A DNA stretch of 64,000 nucleotides. Source: Proteromonas lacertae. Its lineage: Eukaryota. Position numbers and translations under genes: made by a program. The first letter of the stretch is position 1. Every line of letters begins with the position of its first letter. The stretch lies in NCBI GenBank assembly GCA_002245135.1, contig NGBS01000292.1:62001-126000 (forward strand), written 5' to 3'. Below are positions 26,901 through 41,401 of the stretch, piece by piece. Below the pieces are notes generated by a model. It was not told where the DNA came from. It was given only the letters and a program-made list of their open reading frames with translations, and made no database searches.

Positions 26901-29900
26901 CGATTGATAGTCTTGGTTCAATATCTACAAATAGTTCATTTATAATTAATACTCAATATATAACATCAAGTTATGTAATTACTACTCAACCAATATCAAA
27001 TAATCTTATTTTAGATACTACAGCTTATAATATTAATGTTAAAGTCCATCATTTAACTCTAAGTATTGTTGATAATCCTATTTTACCAAACTCACCTACA
27101 TTAATATTCCAATTGAATTTAAATGGAAATATTAATTTGAATAATTCTAATATGGATATAGACTTGTTATTATCAAAGATATTAATATATTCATCTGATT
27201 CATTATTATCTATTAAACCTAATAAAGATAATACATTACTTTCTCCATGTGAAGTTAAAGCAAATATATCAACTAAACTACCTATGAATATTAATATAGA
27301 AGCAAAGAAAGATATAAATATTAGAATATCTAGTAATTATATTCAAATTATTAAAGATGCAATTAATAACCTTCAAATACCAATAATGATTATTAGAATC
27401 AAAGATCTTATATCAAAATTACCAAAATCACTATTACAACTACTAAATAACGCCAATAATAGTGATAATAACAATAATGGAAATCAATCAGCTAACAGTA
27501 ATAATAGCACTATCAATAGTTCACCTACAATGAAAGTAACTGAGATATTTACTGGTGAAACAATCAAGTTTGATATAAAAATACCATTAATCAGTTGTAA
27601 TATCGATTCTACCAATAATGGAACAGTAATGCCATGTTTAAACTGTCAATATCTATCAGATTGGAGTGAAAAAGGTTGATTCTGGTTTTACTACTGTTTC
27701 TTTAGGAGTTTCTGCTTCTTCTTATAATAAGAATGTTTCTGCATGGGAACCTGTATTTGATAAAGAGTTTTTCGTTACAAATATATACTTAGAACATAAA
27801 AAGACATATGATACATTGAATATAAAGATAAATAATGAAAAGAATATGGAACTTACTGTTACTACAGCATTAGTGAAGATATTATTAGAATTGATTAAAG
27901 ATTATACAGCTGAAAGACAGTCAATGAACGTGAATATTCCTGTTTTAGAATTACAGAATTATTGTGCAGAAACAGTGAAGTTTGTGAGTGAAATAGACTC
28001 TTCATTATCATCCAATTTATCACTAAACACTAGTAAATCTGATGTTCAGTTATTATATTGTCATTATGTATTATATAGAGATTTTCATAACAACGTTATA
28101 CATTTGGTTTGGCTTGAGATATATAATAATAGAGATTTACATTTATATTTAACAATCGATAAACAGAATCTATTAAGTAATAAACAAATAGGTGAAATTA
28201 ATATAAATGAAAAAGATAATTCAATTGAAATAATACCATTATCATCATCATCATCATCATCATTATCACTAGAAAATAACAACAATAATAACAAATTAAT
28301 ATTCTATTCAATAACAATCGATGATTTTAGTAAGCTATCCACTATCTTAAGACAATTAGATTCTAATTCATTGAATTCATCAGTTATTTCAACTGATTCT
28401 GCTAATTCCAATACTTCATCCTCTACTCCCAAGAAATCACCAATGCAAAGACCTTCTATATTATCATCAATATTAGCAGCTTCAGAAGATAATAATAATA
28501 ATAATAATCCTGCCAAAGTAGCAACTACAATAAAGGAATTAAAACAATACCAATCTATTCTGTTAGGTAGATTATTCAATCCCGTAGAATCTAGAAATAT
28601 TCAGTTATACATAGGTAAATCATCATTTTCAGTTAATCCAAGTAGAATTGGTTTAACCGTTCATAATGTAATTATTAATAGTCAAGAACAACAAATCATA
28701 TCTGAGGTAAAGTCAACAACCAAAGGTAAAGCAATTGTATTAAGATCTACATTTGATATTCAAAATCTATTAACAATAAACTTGACAATTTCAGCATTTA
28801 CAAAGCAAAGACAAATATTATTAACTCAAGAACTAAAACCAAACGATATTATGTATATACCATTAAGTTGTATAAATGAAGATGGAAGTTATGTTGTGAT
28901 AAAATCAAATGAATTAGGAGAAGTCCATAGATCAATACAATATTATATGTATTTAATTCCTAAAGATAAAGCCAATTCAGATTATTCTTGTGAATTTTCT
29001 GAAGTTTTTGTGAAAGGAAGTGATAAGTTTTATACAAGAGGTACGTTGAGTCATAATATTGTAACGGATATATTCAATCCAAAGCAAACAATTGTTATTA
29101 ATTCACTAAAATTAAGTCCATATATGATAATAGAAAATGCAATTCCTGAAGATATAAATGTTATTCTTAAAAACAAAGATTCATCATCTACTACAGATTC
29201 TATGGATTATTTCATACCAAAGAGTAAAAATCAAGTTGTTTATTCAGTTGCTGATTTATCAAAGAATAAATATTATATATCCATTCAATGTAATAGGTTT
29301 AGTGATAGTTATAGTGATACTTCCCCTCATTCAAAAATTATTCCTGGAAATATAAAAGGAAAAATGTCAGTAACAAGCAAAGATGGAAAATCGATTTATT
29401 TCTCATTTTCCAGTTATACATTACCTTCTGGTACTATTATTTTAACAGTTTATTTTGATTTATGGTTAATTAATCATAGTGGAATGACATTATGGTGTAG
29501 TAGTCAACAAACTGATAGTGAATTATATTCAATCAGTATGGTTTCTAAACCAACAAAGATATCATTACCTTCTAATGAGATTGAACCACAATATTTGATT
29601 GATAATTTTGAATATTTTGGTTTTCCAAATTCTTCTTCTACTTCATTATCTTCAAAATTGTATTTCTCCATTAATAAACCATTTGCTAAGTTATGGAGTA
29701 ATTGTTATAACACTAATTCCATATCAGTTCCTACAGAATTATCAATACAAACAACCTCTGGTAATAGAAGAGATTTAGTAATAACAAGTAAATTTGCACC
29801 ATCTAAATACTACAATACAAAAATCATTGAAATATCTTCAAAATATTATATTTGGAATTACAGTGATATTCCTATAGTTATAAGACAAGTTGATACTTTA

Positions 29901-32900
29901 GAATCAGTTGTATTGGATATTAATGAAAGCTGTCCATTTTATTGGTCAAATCCAAAAGGAAAATTGTTTTTACAATGTCATCCAAATGATGTTAATAATG
30001 AATGGTATTGGAGTGGCTCATTTGGGATTGATACAATGTTATATTCTGTAAGATTAGATAGTAAAAACACTGATATTTCTCCAATCTATATTGAATTAAC
30101 AAGTAAAATAATTGATGGTAAGAATATATTGATATTGAAGAATTCTACTAAAGATGATAGTACATATATGATAATTAATGATTGTATAAGTTATGAAGCA
30201 ATAGTTTATCAAAATAATACAACTGCTTATCATAAACTGAAGATTCCTCCAATGGAAAGAGAAGGTTTTGTATTTTATTCAACTATTTTACCACATGAAA
30301 TTATGGTTATCTTAAAACCAATTGATACATTAAATCTATCAAAATCATCATCATTATCATCAACAATAACAACAACTACTACTACATTATCATCATCAAC
30401 AAGTGGTAGTATTAATACTTCAAATGATATGTTATATAATAAAGAAATAATACAATGTATATTATCATTTGATAAAAGAAATGATAAGAAAATCATTAAA
30501 AAGAACAATAAACAGTTTATAATAATGGTTGATGTAATTGAGCTACATAAAGCCATTCATATCACTTGTTCAGAATTATCAGTTTTACAACCATACAATA
30601 TACAAATGTCTAAAGTAATTTATGATAAAATGATTATTAAACGATTGAATGAATTGACTGATTATTATCGAACTTATTCTCGAAATATTAAAGTAAAGTG
30701 TGAATCTTTTAATAAAGAAAGACCATCTACACCTATCAATGAGAATAAATGTAAATTTACTGTAATAAAAGTGAATAATTTACTTGGAATTAATTCTTCT
30801 ATACTCTCTGGACCATATATTCTAGTTATATCTAATGGTAATAAAACTGTCAATTATTCAATTGGTTTAGAAAAAACCTTCTATTTTGTAGAAAAAGAGT
30901 TGAATATTGATGATACAGGCAGTTTAATTATTTCATTATTTTGTCATACTGTTTCATCAGAGAATGAATATTATAAAAAAGAGTTCAATATATCCAGAAT
31001 AGAGTGTAATAAAATAATAGAATGTGATACACTAATGGATCAAGTAAAGAAAACAATTTCTACAATTTCAACCAGTGATAATAGTAATGGAAATGTCATA
31101 CCAGATGTTACATTGAGTTTTTCATTTTTAAGAACAACTACAGTGAAACAAGGTCATGAACAATTAGAATTATATTATCAAAGACAGAATGTATCGTATC
31201 TACAGGAATTACAACATAAAATTCGTAGTGAAATTGATAGTTTAAAGCAATTACATATAGCTACAAAATCTGGTAATATAAATATGGTTCAAAGATTATC
31301 AACTAGAAGAAGTACAAGACTTTCTAATGGAAGTAATAGTGGAAGAAATAATGAAAGTGGAAATAGTAGTGGAAATACTTCCTTACAGATGTATCAACAG
31401 AATCAGCAATTGATGTTAAATCTCTCAATTAATAATGCATTATTTAGAAATAGTGAAGGTATAATATATGCATGTTTATTAGATGAATATGGTAATAGTT
31501 ACTTTACTAATTCGACTCCCATTAATAGTAATACAAATAATAATTATGGAAATATACTGAGAGGAGTTCATAGATTAAAAATCAATACTAATTGTGAAGG
31601 AATATTGATTAATAAAACTGATAAAACTGTCTATATATATGGAATAATATCAGAGTCTATTAAACAAGATTATCCATTATTAGTTCCAGGTACAACGATT
31701 ATAACAATAAATTCAAAGCCAACCAGTGAAATGACAGTAAATGAGATTTATGATTTATTTCACACTAATGGATTGGAGTTGTTTATTAATAATGATAATA
31801 TTTCATTATTCACATGTGAATGGAATGAGGTATTTACACTACCAGTTGATAGTTTTGACAATAATTTCACTTTAGTTTTATTCAAAGAATGTAATGGTGA
31901 TGGAACTCCAAGAGAAAGTACAATTAAAGATTCTAGTCATATTGAAAGTACAAAATCACCCATAGTTACTCCAAGATCACCATTACCTTCAGTTCCATCA
32001 TCATCATCTACAACAACACAACCAACAATGACATCCATACCAACTTCACCTACAACAACAATTAATACAACTACAAATCCAACATCTACAACAACTGGAA
32101 CAACATCTGTAGTGAATGAACCATATGTAATAACAGTAGAAGGATTGAATAAACCATTGAATATCAGTAATATAAACAAAAGGAATGTGAATGATATATT
32201 TGTTGGTGCTTGTGAAATTCATTTCGATATGAATCATGTAGTTGGTAAAGAAATAATCAATAATAACAATGAATATATAAATATTGAAGGAATCTACGAT
32301 ATGAAAGATCTGTCATTTAAAGATGAAGAAATAACGATAGATTTACAGTTAAACCATATTGGATTGACTTTAATCGATACAAAACCTCGTGAATTGTTAT
32401 ATTTATCAATATTCCATATATTCTCCTCATTTACTCTAACAACAGATAATAATTTAGTATTTGGTTTAAAGATAGAAAAGTATTTCATTCAAGATATGAC
32501 TTGTCCATTATCATCCTTAGCAACTCCAAATACAAACAACAACAACAACAACAGTAGCAATAATAATGGTAATAGTTTAATAGTAATACATGAATATCCT
32601 AAAACAAATGTTATTGATTTGAGTATGAGTGGAAGAGATGTTTTATCTATTGATTATATAAGATTGAGTATTCAAAAATTGATAATTGTTTTACCAACTC
32701 AAGTGTTGATTAATATGATATTATTTGGATTAGATTTAGTTGATTTTAAAAGTGATAATATTAGTGTTAATAGTAACAATAGTAATAACCTAATGAATTT
32801 ATTATTACCTTACAGTGGTAATATTCAAATATCCTCTCCTCAATCTAAAGGTATAATTGGAATAAAATCTATCACAATATCTCCAATAAAAATGAGTTTA

Positions 32901-34218
32901 ACAATAACCTCTGGTTCTCAGAATATTGAAGATGTATTAATGAAATTACAAAATAATGCAAAGATTGCTGGAAGTTTAAGAATGATGTTAGGAGTGTTGA
33001 GTATAGTAGATGATGCAAAAATCAATTTGAATGAATTGAATGGATATAATATCTTTGATACACCTGTATATATATATATATATATTATTATTACTATTAT
33101 TATTATTAATATAGAATAACATTGGATTTAAAATGTTACAGCATTACAAAAGTGAGTTATTTTTACAAATCACCAAGGTATTTGGTCAATTATCATTAAA
33201 TATCAGTGGAACAGTTGGATTAGCTGTAGCAGTAGGAAAAGCATTATTAAAGAAACGAATAGAATATAATTGTCATTTATGTCGATATTTCGATCATAGT
33301 GGAATAGTTCGATGTTATAGTGAAAGAGATGCAATAGGTGGAAATATAGGGAAAAGAATGAATATAAATGATGATAGTTATATGTGGTCTACTCGAGTTA
33401 ATAATGGAAATGAAATTTTGATCTTATTTACGAATGAAATAATAATAATCGATAATTATACGAAGAGTTTAAAAAGTCGAATTTCTTTAATTAATTTGAA
33501 TATAATAATCGAAGGAAATGATATAATAAAACTGAAAAAAGAAAAAGTAAAATTCATCAATGAAAGTTTCCAAAAATTCTTCATTTCTCTAATCAATGAA
33601 TTTTCTCAAAAGCCAATAGTTTCATTTGAAAACAAATGGTTAATGAGAAATTGGATAATCGAAAATAGTCCATTTGAATCATTTAATTCTAATTTAATAA
33701 CATCTGAGTTAGAACCACCACCACCATTATCATCAACAACAACAACATCAACATCATCTACATTGAATTCATCAAATCAAAATACTCAATTAATGAATAA
33801 TGATAATAATAATAATAAATCAATGTTATTAAATCTAGTATATGATGGAAATGAAATTCGAAAAGAAAAGAATCGAATGTTAGTAAAAGGAAATGAATAT
33901 ATGGTATATCGATTTAAAGTGACAGGTAAATATGAAAATAAGATGTGTAGCTGGATGGTGTATAAGAGATGGATGTCTTTAGTGAAATTTTCCAGTTCAA
34001 TATCAAAATATAATAAAAGTGTTGAATTATCTAACAAAATGTCAATGTCGAATTTTAAAAAGAATATTGGTTTTATGAAAAGAACTGATGATAAGATAGT
34101 GAATGAGAGAGTGAAACAGATATTATATATGACGAAGGTAATAAATGAGACTAGTAGTTTGAAATACTTGAGTGAAGTTTTAAATTTCTTCAAAGAGAAT
34201 TTAGATGATTCGAAATAA
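21601..34218 (+). CDS. VPS13: VPS13-family lipid-transfer protein
   Basis: Chorein N-terminus (MLETVV..FFGDLI, L.L.EGAL, NIHLRIED), WWRYA, YN..VSAWEP, VAB repeats (FYW, WSGSF), IGLTLID..PRELLY. One +1 base at about 27670. Confidence 0.9.
22885..22935 (+). other. U12-type AT-AC intron, 51 nt, in frame and stop-free (VPS13)
   Basis: ATATCATTTT...TTTCTTCAT...CAC. Removes a Phe-rich 17-aa insert between RPDNKEH and CKLWWRYA. Confidence 0.8.
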
Positions 34219-34337
34219 AATAAAATGTGATTATTGATATATTAATATATTTTAGTATTTAATGATGTTTTATTTAAAATATAATTGAAATGATAAAACA
34301 ATAAAATATTTTGAAACATTATCAAACAGGTTTGCAA

Positions 34338-37300
34338 ATGTTTTGCCTAAAATCTTTCATAGACGAAGTATTTTTATGTTCATTACCCTCTGATGTGGAA
34401 GTATTTTTGTAATTTTATACTTATAGATAAAAGAAAGAGTAGAAAAGAATGTTAGAGAAGTTGATTTAGTGATTGAAGATAATGGCAATGTTAAAAAATT
34501 GAAAATATTAGATATAGATAAAATAAAAGGAAAAAAGGTGTTGGAATTCTTAGAGAACAACTGTTTGTTGCTAGATTGTTCATTTAACATCTGTCCATCA
34601 GCAATCTCAATAATCGGGGATAATATGATTGCATTAGAAAGAATATATTATTCTAGAGATTTAGAAGAGATAATTCACACCAAATCTTTCTCAAGTGGTG
34701 ATATTTGTAATGTAATATGCTCAATATGTGATATTTTAATGATGTTTAGCGAATATGACATATTGATAGGTAATCTAAAGAGTAGTAATGTGATATATGA
34801 AGAAAATCGTGAAATAAAGATATGTGATTTATGTTTGAATGAATTGAGAAAAGAGAGTGATATGTGTGTGTATGATATCTGCTTCAAAAGCCCAGAAGAA
34901 TTGAATGGTTTGGAATGTAAAGAGAAAAGTGTGATTTGGTCAATTGGTTGTATTTTGTACGAAATAATTTATAAGAAATTACCATTCAATGAAGATAATA
35001 ACATGTTAAAAGCTATGAATAATATCATGAGATGTAAATACAATTTAGATGAAAAATGTGATGAGATGATGAAAGAGATGATAGAAAGAATGTTGAAAGT
35101 GAATAATGAAGATAGATTGAGTTTGAAAGAGTTGAAAAAGGAAATGATAAAAATGAGTGAGATTAAAATTGATAGAAATGGTTTTTTGATGATTGATAAA
35201 AGTAGAGTCAAATTACTAGTTTCATATGATATAGAAATCAGGAAATTCTCATTATTATGTCCATTTAAATATTATTTGTATTCTCCAATAAAATATGGTA
35301 TAATATTAATATCACTTCTTATATCATTTAGAATTAATTTATTACCTATTATATAAATACTCCCAAACAGCAAGTGAAGAAATACTATCAACAATCATAT
35401 CAACTAAATTATATAATGAATGTGATATTGTAATTGAATGTGAGACAGAAGATAGAAAAGACAAACATAAAGAGGATAAAAAAGTAATAATGATCGACAA
35501 AGATATATTCCAAATCCACCATTCATGTAAATTACTTAAAGAATGTTATTTAGATGAAATGATATTTAATATTAAAACTGATGAGTATGATAAAAAAAAT
35601 GTGGTAATAAGTCCAGAATGTTTTTGCCAATGTGAAGAAGGAATTGATTATTTGTTCAGAATATTGAAGTTAATAAACCCAATTAAACTTCAATTTAGTA
35701 TAATTCTAATAGCTTTAATATTTAGGAAAAGTTGAAGAGTTAAAGTATAATAAATTCCATCTTTCTTTTTCTTTTGTTGAATCTTTTGTCAAATCAATTC
35801 CATTCATGAGATTAAAATATGTAGATCTTAATTGTATTTATGATTATATATATGTATATTAATATAGATAATCCAATTGGTTCAAAAGCCTTCAAACTAC
35901 TACTTCCATATTTACATATACTAATAGGCAACTATAATGGATTGAATTTGGATTTTATGAGATTAGATGATGAATCAATAGTATTATTATCAAAAGAATT
36001 ATATAAATATCCAAATCTTGAAATAATAATTATTACACGTAACAAAAATATCCATTCAAATGGATTGAAGGCTTTATTCACCAAATTTCCTATATCAAAA
36101 GTCGGTATTTAATTTTAATGGAAATAAAGAATTATTGATTGATGAAGACATTCCAGAGATAATTAAATATATACATCTTAAGAATGAATTAATTTTAAGC
36201 GGTTTAGATGTTGATGATGAATTTTGCAAATCATTCATATCTTTAAGATCAAACGAATTAGGAGATATAAAAATGTTAGATTTGAGTAGTATATATTGAT
36301 ATTTTTCTATAATTTAGATAATAAACTAACATATAAAAGTGTAGAAATGTTGATTAACAACTTATCTTCATTTTCAAACCTTGATTCTCTTCAATTAAAT
36401 GGAAATGCAATAGGAGATGAAGGAATGAAATTATTATCTCCATATTTACATTTAAGAGAAGAAAATAAACATTGGCTGTTTATAAAATCTATAAATTTAT
36501 CAAGTATAATAATATTATATAAAATATTATAGAAATGGCTTTGTCTTCAGTTGGAGTGAAATATTTGGTAGATGGTTTCAAGAAAAATAATAAAAAGGGT
36601 TATAAACTTGATATAAGCTATAATAATATTGACTCAAACGGAATAGAGTGTATAATGAATTGTGTAAAAGAAAATGATAATATTAAAACTTTAATCATTC
36701 ATAGTATATTTAGATATTTAATATTTGTTAAATAGATAATCCGATAGGAAATATTGGATTTAAATTATTGTTGAACAATTTAGGTGTGCTAATAAATTAT
36801 GGTAAAATGAATTTGAGTAATACATCAATAGATGATGAAAGTGTAATATTATTGTCAAATAAAATAAGTTCAATAAAAGAATGTAAATTAATAAATCTAA
36901 GAGGAAACAATATAAGAATGAATGGGTTAAAATCAATATGTTCAAAATCATGTCAAAATGATAAATATCCATTCATAGAAGTGAATTGTATGTCATGTAC
37001 AAATGAAGAAATAGAATATTATTTGAATTATTGTATTAAAAAGATGAGAGAAAAATATAAAAGAAAATATGATTTTTCAAGTATTAACTCGAACTATATT
37101 ATGAATTAGATATGAATTTGAACAATTCTCACATTCCATTGATAAAACAGATTAATTATGAATATCTTGATCTATCTAATAATAGAATTACATCTAAAGG
37201 ATTAAAAGAATTGACAAATAGATTTAAAAAAGAATCAGAATATATTTCAATTAATATATTAATATATAATAATCCAATTGGAAATGAAGGTATAGAGATT

Positions 37301-37682
37301 ATATGTAAATACTTTGATAAATTTGATGTTTGTAATTCATTTAATCTATCAAGTATCTATATTAGTTTATAAAATGAATAGATATTGGAATGAGTGAAAA
37401 AGGATTGAAAATATTATTGAAAGAATAAAAGATTTAAACTATTTAAATAAAATAAATCTATCAGGAAATGCATTAGATGAAAGAAGAATTGAGATTAATG
37501 AAAGAAAATAAATCAAAGTTAGAAAATATTGAAGAATTATCAATAACAGTGAAAGAGAATATGATAAATCAGAATTAAAATCATTTCTAGAAACATTTTC
37601 ATTTTTTAATGAAATAAAAATAGATGGAATTTCAAAAGAAGAAAAGAAAGACTTATTAAAAGCTTTTGAAAATATTGAGTGA
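34338..37682 (+). pseudogene. Pseudokinase-LRR paralog with several frameshifts (pseudogene or assembly errors)
   Basis: Collinear with 13067-16380, mostly the same intron positions. Frame breaks at about 36109, 37420, 37485 and 37562. Confidence 0.75.
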
Positions 37683-37895
37683 TTAATATCATATATTATA
37701 CTATTTCAATTTTATAAACGTGTTTTTTTGTTGAAAAATATAGTAATTATCCACGTTTTTTTGGTTTCTATAGAAGTATAATTCTATTAATGTTTCTTTA
37801 TGTTAATATGAGTTATTTTATATTTTAAAGATTCAAACATGTTTGATTTTAAAAATATATTCGTTTCATTTCATCAAAATTACATTTTTGTTATT

Positions 37896-38564
37896 ATGGA
37901 TATTACCTTTGGAATATTTTTGTATACTATTTTCTAATTACATTTGTTAGCATAATATCTACTATTGTAAGCATTTATTTATCAATGCATGCTTTAAATA
38001 TCACCTCTCCTTCTGAAAAAGAAGAAAAGCTGAATAGACTATTGAAATTGTGGTATATATTTATTTATTATTGAATTAATAGGGTAATTTTGAATTTTGA
38101 CATAATTATAATGAACAACTTTGGTTGGTTGTTGTTCTTCGTTCCATTCTTGTCATTCATAAAAATCGCAATATATTCAGCTCTAATCTTTATTCCAGAC
38201 CAACCAGTATATATAAATTTCTATTTATGTTGTTAATTAATAGGCTGTTGACTATATATATGAAAACTTTGTAGTTCGTATAGTTAACCTTTTAGAATAC
38301 TATACATTTGATAAGGCAAAGAGTTTAATTGTCAAGTATTTTTATTAATAATGATAAATTTATTGTAGATTTATCATTGGAGCTTATGTTATGTTTGTAA
38401 ATTTATTTGCATCTACCTTAAAGTTCACAGAACAGACAAAAGCAATTGAAAGATTGAATAAGTTGAAAACCATTGTTTCTAACTCGTATTATTATTATGT
38501 TATTTATATATTATATAGAAAATATGGAACTGATGAAATGAGAGCTGAAAAGAAGAAGGAATAA
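37896..38564 (+). CDS. TB2/DP1/HVA22 (REEP/Yop1)-like ER membrane protein
   Basis: Five short introns give SMHAL...LLKLWV...LFFVPFLSFIK...DYIYENFV. Ends KKKE (dilysine ER-retrieval-like). Absent from the ORF track. Confidence 0.7.
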
Positions 38565-38763
38565 AATATTGAACATTTGATTATTTCTTTAATTTTTTGT
38601 ATAGGGGGGGAAACTAAATCATAATCAATAATAATAATAATAAATTAATTTATAGCATTTTGAAATTATTCAATTCCTCTTTATTATTTCTGTTTTGTTA
38701 ATTTAATCAATAATAAAAGAAAGATATTTTTATATACATGCATATATATATATATATACTCTA

Positions 38764-39664
38764 CTAAGGCAAATCTAATGGAGTTAAATCACTGTTTCTT
38801 TTACCAAATACTAACGATCCTGATTCGCTTCTTAATGGAGATTTTGATGCTGAATTTTGATTGGGAGCATGATTTTGATTATTTGGAGTGTTTTCTAAGC
38901 TATCTGGCAGCTTAAACATTGGCATTTGAGATTGAGGCTGTAATGCTGGACTTGGTTTACTAAAATCCGGTAATGTAAATTTTATCATTGGTGAACTCTT
39001 AGTAGCAGTATTATTATTGTTATTATTATCACAATTATTAGATTGTAGAAAATCTGGTAATGAAAAACTTAATAATGGACTTTGTGATGTTGTTGTATTG
39101 TTTGGCATTGTTAATGCTTTAAATAAAGGTGTTGGTTCATCAGTTGGGGCTCGTAACTTTCCGTTCCCCAAATCAAATCTTACTCTTCTTCCAGGTGTAG
39201 TTATTTCTTGTTGTTGTTGTTGTGCGGATGGTGGTGATTGTTGTTGAAAAATAGATGAAGAAAATGTGTTTCTGGGAGATGAAAAATCACAGATTCTTGG
39301 AGAAGGACAGAATTTTTTGTTAGGAGTCAATGGAATGTTATTATTACACTTTATAAGAGGACTTACTGTATTGTTATTGTTATTATTTTGATTCAATTTC
39401 ATTTTTGTGTTAGGAGTAACTGGAGAAACATCAAAGTAGTTTGATTCATTGTATGATACAGTCCCAGTAAACATAGGAGATAAAGGAGTTTCAAATGGAG
39501 AAGGAGGGGGTGGATTTGAGGAATTTGCCTTTGTACTTGGCGAATTTAGTATACTGAATATTGTATTTGTTCTACGGGTCTAATTATTATTTTATTTACT
39601 AGAAATATACTGCAGACGTAGAAGATGTGATGTTCACCGCTTCATGATTCATAGTGGTTGTCAT
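38764..39664 (-). CDS. Disordered S/T-P-rich protein with RVxF-like motif
   Basis: Long ORF plus short first exon. Many SP/TP sites, TPGRRVRF, and a repeated F.LPD motif. Confidence 0.65.
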
Positions 39665-39837
39665 GTACTTTATATTACTACAATAAAAATCAAAATATAA
39701 ATACTTCTACTGGAAGATTATAATTGAATGAAAAAAGAGAAAAATCAAATTTGAGTGATGAAGCTAGTACACCTTAATACACCATTTTTCGTATTAAGCT
39801 GTATTTTTCAATTCAAACGATTTTTATAAGATCAACG

Positions 39838-40652
39838 ATGAGTTTTACTCGTAATATATTGAAATCTGTATTTTATAAATTATTATTATTTTTTAAAACC
39901 TTTATTACCTTTATTTAATAACTCATTTCTAATTTTTATAGGGAAGAAGTCTTGTAAGATGTATGAGTGAATCAGTTGAAAATAATGCAGCTTTTGCTGC
40001 TAGTAGTACTGCATTGAAAGATAACTGTATTGTTTTTTTTGTGATATAATCTTCTCTAGTTGCAAGACATAGACCAGTAATGAATTTATTTATGAAAAGA
40101 CCAATCACTGTAAATGATGTGTTTATAGCTCCAACAGCAACAGTCATTGGTAATGTCACAATCGCTGACTATTCATCCGTTTGGTACAACACAGTAATAA
40201 ATGGTGATTTAGATAAAGTGTTTATTGGCGGTTGTAGTAATATCCAAGAGAATTGTGTAATATCCACAGAATCTCCAAGAGCTGGAGCTCTTAAGACAGA
40301 TGTAAAAGTAGGAAACTATGTAACAGTCGGAAATAGTTGTGTTTTACACAGTTGTGAGATTGGAGATAATACAAAAATAGGAAGAAACTGTACAATCTGC
40401 GAAGGTGCAAAAGTAGGTTCCAATTGCATTATTGGTGATGGAAGTTTGGTACCACCAGAAATGACTATTCCAGACGGTCAAATGTGGGAAGGAAACCCAA
40501 TTCATCATGTAGGAGAAGTAGATGCTGATATGCAACTCAAATTGACAAGAGAAGCTCAACTACATAATTATATGGGTTTAAGACATAGAGCTGAATTTTT
40601 ACCTAATGGACAAAGCTATCAAGAATATTCTAAATTGAATAATTTAGCTTAA
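39838..40652 (+). CDS. Gamma-carbonic anhydrase-like mitochondrial complex I subunit
   Basis: ARHRPVM, FIAPTATVIGNV, SSVWYNTVINGD, hexapeptide repeats, GQMWEGNP. Presequence-like N-terminus MSFTRNILKSGRSLVR. Confidence 0.85.
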
Positions 40653-40733
40653 AACCTAACTTACCTTATATTTTATTACTATTATTTTATGTTGTTATAA
40701 TAAGTTAATAACACACACTGATAATATATATTA

Positions 40734-41315
40734 CTAAAGAGTTAATTCTACATCCTCAGCTTTTACAGGATCTTTCTTTTCAATCTTGAACTTTAAATCT
40801 TTATCCGCCCGTTGACACTTTCTCATATCATACGCATCTTCATTTCCACTATAATAATTCAAAATGTGTTGATGAATAATGTAACCCATCCTTTTATACA
40901 TATTAACAGCAGGAACATTCGTAGTTTTTACATACAAATCAATATAATACATATTGTATCTACAATATAAAAATAATGAAAATATTAAAATACAAATTAT
41001 CAGAAATTGATTCCATATTTCTCATAAATTTCATAGCATAACCATTACATCTAAAATCAGGAGCAACACTCAATACAGATACGTGTCCGTGTTGTGACTC
41101 ATGTTTGCCTTCTACCTTACCAATTCCTATACCAACTAATTCACCATCAGCTACTTCTTCAACTGTGCACATATCTGGGAATTTAGCAAGATAATCGAGA
41201 TAAAAATTCATTGTAAACTGAATTAAATAAAACATGTAGCATATACAGATTCAGTAAATTCATCTAAATTGATAAAATCGATGTTAAATAAATCATTACA
41301 GGTTAATCTTCGCAT
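40734..41315 (-). CDS. NAA20: NatB catalytic subunit
   Basis: DLFNIDFINLDEFTES, FYLDYLAKFP, GKVEG..HGHVSVLSVAP, DLYV..N..AVNMY..MGY, YYSG.EDAYDMRK. Confidence 0.92.
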
Positions 41316-41401
41316 TTTTAAAAAAATGAAAAATTCAAGATCTGAGTATTAAAATCGCAAAAAATGAAACATTAAATAAATAAATATTTAAACATATTAA
41401 T

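Noticed and set aside
27660..27680. Programmed +1 ribosomal frameshift in VPS13
   Set aside because: A single extra A in a homopolymer, with no consistent motif among the frame breaks. Assembly error is more parsimonious.
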